DNA of 64,000 bases from Polyangiaceae bacterium (GTDB taxonomy: Bacteria > Myxococcota_A > Polyangia > Polyangiales > Polyangiaceae): the NCBI GenBank assembly GCA_035063585.1, contig JAPSGB010000023.1, forward strand, positions 16,805-80,804, read 5' to 3'. Below are positions 59,501-64,000 of the stretch, piece after piece. Both the position numbers and the translations under genes were made by a program. The first letter of the stretch is position 1. Each line of letters starts with the position of its first letter. The notes under the pieces were generated by a model. The model did not search any database. It saw nothing but the letters and a program-made list of their open reading frames with translations, and was not told where the DNA came from.

Positions 59501-60070
59501 GCGCGGCTGGGCGCGGTGGCGGCCGACAAGCTCTCGGAAGAGAAGCCGTGGGCCGTGGTGTCGGTCGCGGGCATGGTCGAGGGCTATCAGGAGCGGATCT
59601 TCCGCGGGAGCGGGGGCAAGGCGGCGTTCTTCGAGGTCGAGGACATGAGCGGCCGCGTCAAGGCCAAGCTGCGCGGCGAGCGCATCGACACCTACGCGCA
59701 CTTGCTGACCAGCGGCGAGGGGGTCCTCGTGAGCGGCAAGGTCTGCTTCCCGGATACCTCGGAGCGCGACGAAGAGGCCGAGCCGACGCTGCTCGTCGAC
59801 GGCGTCGAGCCGCTGGCGGACGCCGTGCTCAAGTCGACCCGCGCGGTCTCGATCCGCCTGGATGCGGCGGCGGCGCAGCGCTCGGCGCTCGAGGCGCTCC
59901 GCGAGCTCCTCGCGGGTTCACCGGGCTCCTGCCCGGTCGAGCTGGTGCTCGCGCTACCCGGCGGCGCCGAGGCGGTGCTGGCCCTCGACGGCACGCGGGT
60001 CACGCCGAACGACGCGGTGCTCGCGGGCCTCGAGCGGCTGTTCGGCGAGACGGTCGCCGAGCTCCGCTGA
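56507..60070 (+). CDS. dnaE: DNA polymerase III subunit alpha
   Basis: PHP domain HLHTHT/TDH; GPGRGSGAGS, FERFLNPERVSMPDFDVDF, HAAGVVI, KFDFLGL, YGFNKSH. Confidence 0.98.
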   Translation: MPAEFVHLHTHTQFSFLTSTVKVAELAPRVKELGMRAVAITDHTNMFGAIRHYKACKAVGIQPIIGCELNIARAPGRAETEHLVLLAATSEGYKNLIRIVSQAYTEPAGEGAPSVLLERLDEGSRGLVALTGCLGGVVAQRILESGPEAGERRLAELRDRFEPGHLFVELQDHGLPEQPVVNDLLVRAAGRLELPVVASNDVHFMRSEDGEAQLYLDCIRLGRSHAEAREAHHGSFEMYVKSAEEMARVFSDRPEALTNTLRVAEMCSGLELALDHPMLPHFPVPGGYDTNGYFRHVAETGLERRLAELRALGKSFDESAYRARLARELEVIVEMQYPGYFLIVWDFIREAKSRGIPVGPGRGSGAGSIVAWSMGITELDPIPYNLLFERFLNPERVSMPDFDVDFCMSRREEVIGYVAEKYGKESVGQIATYQNLKARSVLKDVARTMGMPAPEAQRIASMVPDLGQGKTATIEQALETEPKLKSLFEGDERVRELITQGERLEGLTRHAGMHAAGVVISDGPLWNHVPCFTSDGSIVTQYDKDDVEAAGLVKFDFLGLKTLTVIDIAERLVNARPDRAGAPLSLGKVSLEDRETYALIASGETTGVFQLESSGMQQLLRGLKPDCFEDVIAAVALYRPGPLGTGMIDEFIGAKHGRKPVRKLHPLVDGDLAPTYGVPVYQEQVMQIGQHLAGYSLGRADLLRRAMGKKKAEAMDKEQSGFVEGAVKNGVSAEQALAIFEEVRGFAEYGFNKSHSAAYALVTYQTAYLKAHYPAEFFAALMTADKDKIEKVVRIIAEARAWGVSVLPPDVNMSQLDFSVVYARPMGDGPARGPGRLRDRCAPQIRFGLGAVRGVGESALETVFAARAEGGPFRDLLDFAGRVDARRLNRGVLEALVQCGAFDSTLDPIGISRARAYAAVDRALERARSASRDRERGQTTLFGLFEAAREVGPATEAPPLEDYPPALSWDRHERLRREKAALGCYVSGHPLLRYGGKLARLGAVAADKLSEEKPWAVVSVAGMVEGYQERIFRGSGGKAAFFEVEDMSGRVKAKLRGERIDTYAHLLTSGEGVLVSGKVCFPDTSERDEEAEPTLLVDGVEPLADAVLKSTRAVSIRLDAAAAQRSALEALRELLAGSPGSCPVELVLALPGGAEAVLALDGTRVTPNDAVLAGLERLFGETVAELR

Positions 60071-60166
60071 GCCCGCGCGACGCGCCGCCGGCCGCGCCGG
60101 CCCGACCCCACCCGAGGCCGCCGAAAGAACAGAAGCCCCCGGCGGCATGCGCTATCCTGCGGCGGG

Positions 60167-61426
60167 ATGGACGACAGGCAAGCGGAGCTCGTCCGCATCG
60201 ACGCGCAAGGGCAGGCGCATCCCATCGGGCGTGTGGCGAGCCAACGGCTCCGAGCGCGGGCCGGTGAGTATCGGATCTTGCCGGCGCCGCAGCACGTGAT
60301 CCTCATGCGCTACACGGGCGCCGATGGGCGTCGCGACGACGAAGATGGCGCGGTGGTGCGGCTGGCCGGCGAGATCACCGCGCCGGGCGTCATGTGCGAC
60401 ATCCTCGCGCTCATCGCGCAGAGCGGCTGGCGCGGTGAGCTCGCGGTGCTCGACGGCGAGCGCGCGCGCACGGTCTTCTTCGACCAGGGCAACGTGGTGG
60501 GTGCGGCGTCGAACGTCGAGGACGAGCGGCTCGGCGCGGTGCTCTACCGCTACGGCGCGCTCGACGAGGCGGCGCTCGCGCGCGTCGTAGCGGAGGTGCG
60601 GGAGGGGAGGCGCTTCGGCGAGGCCGCCGTCGAGCTCGGTCTGCTCACGCAGGAGCGGATTTACGAGTACATCGGCAAGCAGATCGCGGAGATCGTGTTT
60701 GCGACGCTCACGGTCGGCGACGGGAGCTTCTTCTTCCTCGATGGCTTCGACGAGGGGCGGCTCGTGTCCCGCCACACGCTCGGCGCGAGCCTCCTCTTGA
60801 TGGACGGCGTGACCCGGCTCGACGAGGTGCGGTACTTCCGCGAGAAGATCCCGTCCTTCGAGCACATCCCCGCGCGCGTCGAGGGGCACGCCCCGCCCGC
60901 CGACGAGTTCGTGGAGACGTGGATGGCGATCGACGGCAAGCGCACGGTGGAGGAGCTCGGGCGGGTCACCGGTGCGGGCGAGTTCGAGACCGCGAAGGCC
61001 GTCTACGCGCTCATCCAGTCGAAGCACGTCGTGATCCATCCGCCGCGCATGACGGGCGGCCCCGCCGGCGTGGTCGCGGTGGCGAACGAGGTGTTGCGCG
61101 CGGTCTTTCGTCACGCCGACGCGGTCGGGCGCGGCGACGAGGTGCGCTCGAGCCTCTCGTCGTTCGCGGTGGGGGCCGGGGTGTATGATCTCCTGTTCCG
61201 CGGCGCCGGACCCGACCCCTCGGGCGCGCTCGATGCGGAGGTCGTCGCGAGGAACCTCGCCGTGGTCGCCGGCACCGAGGACCCCGAGAACGAGCTCAAG
61301 CAGATGCTGAGCGAGTACTCGGGCTTCGCGCTCTTCAGCGCGGGCGCGGTGCTCGGACCGGAGCGCGAGGGGGTCCTCAAGCGAGAGGTCGCGGCGGTCA
61401 TGAGCCGGCTCCGGCCGCAGGCTTGA
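60167..61426 (+). CDS. DUF4388 (PatA-N-like) domain protein
   Basis: LAGEI...DILALIAQSGWRGEL...VFFDQGNVVGA, RLGAVL, GSFFF, LLMDGVTRLDE. Confidence 0.85.
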   Translation: MDDRQAELVRIDAQGQAHPIGRVASQRLRARAGEYRILPAPQHVILMRYTGADGRRDDEDGAVVRLAGEITAPGVMCDILALIAQSGWRGELAVLDGERARTVFFDQGNVVGAASNVEDERLGAVLYRYGALDEAALARVVAEVREGRRFGEAAVELGLLTQERIYEYIGKQIAEIVFATLTVGDGSFFFLDGFDEGRLVSRHTLGASLLLMDGVTRLDEVRYFREKIPSFEHIPARVEGHAPPADEFVETWMAIDGKRTVEELGRVTGAGEFETAKAVYALIQSKHVVIHPPRMTGGPAGVVAVANEVLRAVFRHADAVGRGDEVRSSLSSFAVGAGVYDLLFRGAGPDPSGALDAEVVARNLAVVAGTEDPENELKQMLSEYSGFALFSAGAVLGPEREGVLKREVAAVMSRLRPQA

Positions 61427-61557
61427 GGAGGGCTGTTGCGCCGAAGCCACATGAACGCACGGTCACGCGGGCGAGCTTACGGGGCCCGGGGAGCGACCCG
61501 TTCTCGTGGTGTTCGGGTCGCAGCGCGCTCGGCACCGAGCTTGCAGAGCGAGCGCGC

Positions 61558-61827
61558 ATGACTCGAAGCCGCTCCCTCGTCGCGCTCCTCCTCGTCTCGC
61601 TCGCCGCAGCGAGCCTCTCCGGCTGTCTCGTGAGCCGCGCGCGGGCGACCGGTCCGAGCGCGGTCGACGACGACGTCGATCAGCAAGGGTGGGCGAGCAC
61701 GCGGACCGAGGGTACGGGCGATGACTCGCCGGGCTTCTACGGAGCGCACGCGTCCCCGTCCCCGCAGGTGCGCGCGCCCGCCACGGCGCGGCCCGGGCAC
61801 ACCCCGTACGCGCCCGGGAGCAGGTGA
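61558..61827 (+). CDS. Small lipoprotein
   Basis: MTRSRSLVALLLVSLAAASLSGC lipobox. Confidence 0.6.
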   Translation: MTRSRSLVALLLVSLAAASLSGCLVSRARATGPSAVDDDVDQQGWASTRTEGTGDDSPGFYGAHASPSPQVRAPATARPGHTPYAPGSR

Positions 61828-61976
61828 CCGAGGTTGATTGGGGTTCGAGGGTCGGTGCGGCGCGAGGGCTCGGGTTCGCCCGACTCCGGCGAAGGAAACG
61901 GTGGTGTCGAGCCGGGCTCCGGAGTAAAGACGGCCCTGCGCCGAGCCGGGCCCTGCTGTCCGGGCTCGCGCGGACC

Positions 61977-62050
61977 GGGCCGATAGCTCAGTCGGTTAGA
62001 GCAGCGGATTTTTAATCCGACGGTCCAGGGTTCGAATCCCTGTCGGCCCA
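61977..62050 (+). tRNA. tRNA-Lys (anticodon UUU)
   Basis: Cloverleaf: acceptor GGGCCGA/TCGGCCC, D arm GCTC/GAGC, anticodon loop TTTTTAA, T arm CAGGG-TTCGAAT-CCCTG; CCA not fully encoded. Confidence 0.95.
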
Positions 62051-62181
62051 CCGCATCCCCGGGCCCGCGCGCGCGGGCTCGTACGGGGTCCGGGTTGCGC
62101 GAGCGGCGCCGGCAAGTAACGCTTGGTAGCGGGACTGGCTCGTGCTAAGGCGAGGCCGTCGCCGAGGAGGCTTTGGTAATC

Positions 62182-63414
62182 ATGATGAGAATTCTGCCCT
62201 GGATGAGTTTGGGTCTGATCGCTGCGGCGGTCGGTAGCGTAACGTTTGCGTGCAGCAGCGATGACGGCGGCAACGGCGGTAAGGCCGGAAGCGGCGGCGG
62301 GATCATCGAAGGCGGCACCACCGGCGGCGCGGGTGGCGCCTCGGGCTCGTCCGGGACGGGCGGCGGCGGCAACACCTCGCGGCTCGGTCGCGCCTGCACG
62401 GCGGACGCCGAGTGCGGCGCCGGGCTGACCTGTATCACCTCGAACGCGACCTCGCTCGATGGCCAGGGGGCCCCGAAGGGCTACTGCACGGCGTCGTGCA
62501 CCTCGAACGCCGACTGCGACGCGCTGTCGCCCGGCGCGGGCTGCGTCGGCAACGCCGACGGACAGACGGCGTACTGCTACCAAAGCTGCACGTGGGGCTC
62601 GGCCGCGGGCGGGGGGCTCGACCCGAACAAGTGCTTCGGGCGTCAAGAGGTCGCCTGCGGCGGGTACTTCACGAACCCCGAGGCCGGCACCAGCACGCCG
62701 GACGTCTTCCTCTGCTCGCCCACCTGCAACGCAGACTCGGATTGCGGCGGCGGGCTCTTCTGCGACAACGGCACGGGCCACTGCGCGACGGCGAAGCCGA
62801 CGGGTTTGCCGATGGGCGCGGCCTGCAACCCGCAGGACGCGAACGATCCCTGCGCCGGCTTCTGCATCCGCTACAGCGACGCGCAGGACAAGGGCATCTG
62901 CTCCGGCGTCTGCACGATCGGGACGCTTGGCCTGACGGGCGCTTGCGGCTCGGACCCGACCCCGAACTCGAAGCAGACCGCAAGCTGTTTCTTCGCCCAG
63001 AGCCAATCGGAAGGCGCCGGGGACCTCGGGTTCTGCGCCAACTCCTGCGACTGTAACTCCGACTGCGTCGAAGGCTTTGTCTGCGACCCGTGGGACACCT
63101 CGAACCAGAACGAAGCGGCCATCAAGACCTTCACGAAGATGGCCGGACTTTGCGTGTCGGATCGTGATCCGGAAGGCGGCGTCGTCGTGGGCATCCCCGA
63201 CTGCTCGGCGGGCGGCGCCGGCGGCGCTGGTGGCTCGTCCGGCGCTGGTGGCTCGTCCGGCGCGGCTGGCTCGTCCGGCGCTGGTGGCTCGTCCGGCGCG
63301 GCTGGCTCGTCCGGCGCGGCTGGCTCGTCCGGCGCGGCTGGCTCGTCCGGCGCGGCTGGCTCGTCCGGCGCGGCTGGCTCGTCCGGTGCCGGCGGCACCG
63401 GCGGCACGCCCTGA
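62182..63414 (+). CDS. Cys-rich surface lipoprotein with Gly/Ser repeat tail
   Basis: GAGGAGG RBS; VTFAC lipobox; many GRACTADAEC / CTSNADC-type Cys modules. Confidence 0.85.
   Translation: MMRILPWMSLGLIAAAVGSVTFACSSDDGGNGGKAGSGGGIIEGGTTGGAGGASGSSGTGGGGNTSRLGRACTADAECGAGLTCITSNATSLDGQGAPKGYCTASCTSNADCDALSPGAGCVGNADGQTAYCYQSCTWGSAAGGGLDPNKCFGRQEVACGGYFTNPEAGTSTPDVFLCSPTCNADSDCGGGLFCDNGTGHCATAKPTGLPMGAACNPQDANDPCAGFCIRYSDAQDKGICSGVCTIGTLGLTGACGSDPTPNSKQTASCFFAQSQSEGAGDLGFCANSCDCNSDCVEGFVCDPWDTSNQNEAAIKTFTKMAGLCVSDRDPEGGVVVGIPDCSAGGAGGAGGSSGAGGSSGAAGSSGAGGSSGAAGSSGAAGSSGAAGSSGAAGSSGAAGSSGAGGTGGTP
63232..63393 (+). repeat. 18-bp coding tandem repeat (9 x GSSGA[A/G])
   Basis: ggctcgtccggcgc(ggct/tggt) units. 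Confidence 0.9.
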
Positions 63415-63436
63415 CCCGCTGCAAGTAGCGACGAAT

Positions 63437-63480
63437 GACGCCCGTCCAGCCTCCTCGGCTGGGCGGGCGTCTTCGTATTT
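63437..63480 (+). terminator. Rho-independent terminator-like hairpin between convergent genes
   Basis: GACGCCCGTCCAGC-CTCCTCG-GCTGGGCGGGCGTC followed by TTCGTATTT. Confidence 0.7.
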
Positions 63481-63529
63481 CTCGCGCGGCCCCGCTAGCT
63501 GTCGGCGCTCACGCCGCTCAGCCGGCCGT

Positions 63530-64000
63530 CTAGCGCGCGTCCTGGCAGACTCCGCTCGTCAGCGTCCCGGTCGATTGGCACGTCGCGCCCTTGGGTTCCG
63601 GGCACACCATCGCGGGGCACATCACGTCTAGTCCGCATTTCATCTTCGTCCACGACTCTCGGAGCCTGGTGAGCTCGTCGACCGCGCGCGAGTTCGCCGG
63701 GTTGATGAAGGTCGGGCAGGGGCACGCGAGCTCGTCGTCGACCTTGACCGTGCACTGGATGGCCTTGAGGCTCGGGTTGCAAGCGCGCGCCTCCCGGAGC
63801 GCGCCGTCATACGCCTTGCGGAGGTCCGCGCAGGTGGTCCCCGAACCGCCGCCGGTGCCGCCACTGCCGCCGCTGCCGCCGCTGCCCGACGAGCCCGCGC
63901 TGCCCGACGAGCCCGCGCTGCCCGACGAGCCCGCGCTGCCCGACGAGCCCGCGCTGCCCGACGAGCCCGCGCTGCCCGACGAGCCCGCGCTGCCCGACGA
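63530..64000 (-). CDS. Cys-rich secreted protein, 3' part only
   Basis: Own translation: (SSGSAG)n-GGSGG..TTCADLRKAYDGALREARACNP..QCTVKVDDELACPCP..CPAMVCPEP..CQDAR*. Confidence 0.75.
   Translation of the reverse strand, partial: SSGSAGSSGSAGSSGSAGSSGSAGSSGSAGSSGSAGSSGSGGSGGSGGTGGGSGTTCADLRKAYDGALREARACNPSLKAIQCTVKVDDELACPCPTFINPANSRAVDELTRLRESWTKMKCGLDVMCPAMVCPEPKGATCQSTGTLTSGVCQDAR
63881..64000 (-). repeat. 18-bp coding tandem repeat (SSGSAG, at least 6 copies, truncated by window end)
   Basis: Perfect gctgcccgacgagcccgc units on the + strand. Confidence 0.95.

Noticed and set aside
56507..60070. Intein or error-prone DnaE2/ImuC in dnaE
   Set aside because: Normal length, no intein motifs, replicative-type SMPDFDVDF, and no imuA/imuB neighbours; only a short loop insertion near 58970-59040.
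61977..64000. Integrative element at the tRNA-Lys 3' end
   Set aside because: No integrase and no duplicated tRNA 3' end within the window; flanking genes look like native myxobacterial lipoproteins.

Overview
Very GC-rich chromosomal window (roughly 70-75% GC by eye) from a myxobacterium, most likely Sorangiineae/Polyangiaceae-like. This is inferred from MYXO-CTERM, TIGR04552-like, DUF4388 and FHA-sigma54 proteins and many Cys/Gly-rich lipoproteins. It holds about 58 CDS and one tRNA-Lys(UUU). Housekeeping genes include proA-rsfS-rlmH, tatBC, ccmC plus a ccmD-like gene, a DEAD-box helicase, a polyprenyl synthase, yicC-gmk-mtnP-pfkB and dnaE. Envelope genes include an LD-carboxypeptidase, an L,D-transpeptidase, two FadL-like barrels, TolC, OmpA and DUF3570/DUF4266. 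No integrase, transposase, phage gene or CRISPR array was seen. Four observations stand out. (1) A ~1410-aa lipoprotein carries BPI/LBP-like motifs and a codon-atypical N-terminal patch, then an INTERNAL MYXO-CTERM followed by a second lipoprotein-like signal and a beta-propeller, so it may be a processed surface polyprotein. (2) A RelA/SpoT-synthetase-like TIGR04552 gene heads a gene run containing gmk and purine-salvage genes. (3) A DUF3570/DUF4266 outer-membrane cluster is led by a lipoprotein with an extended CX13CH heme-like motif. (4) TANNNT hexamers recur 5-12 nt before start codons, suggesting widespread leaderless mRNAs. All family calls are by motif recognition, without database searches.
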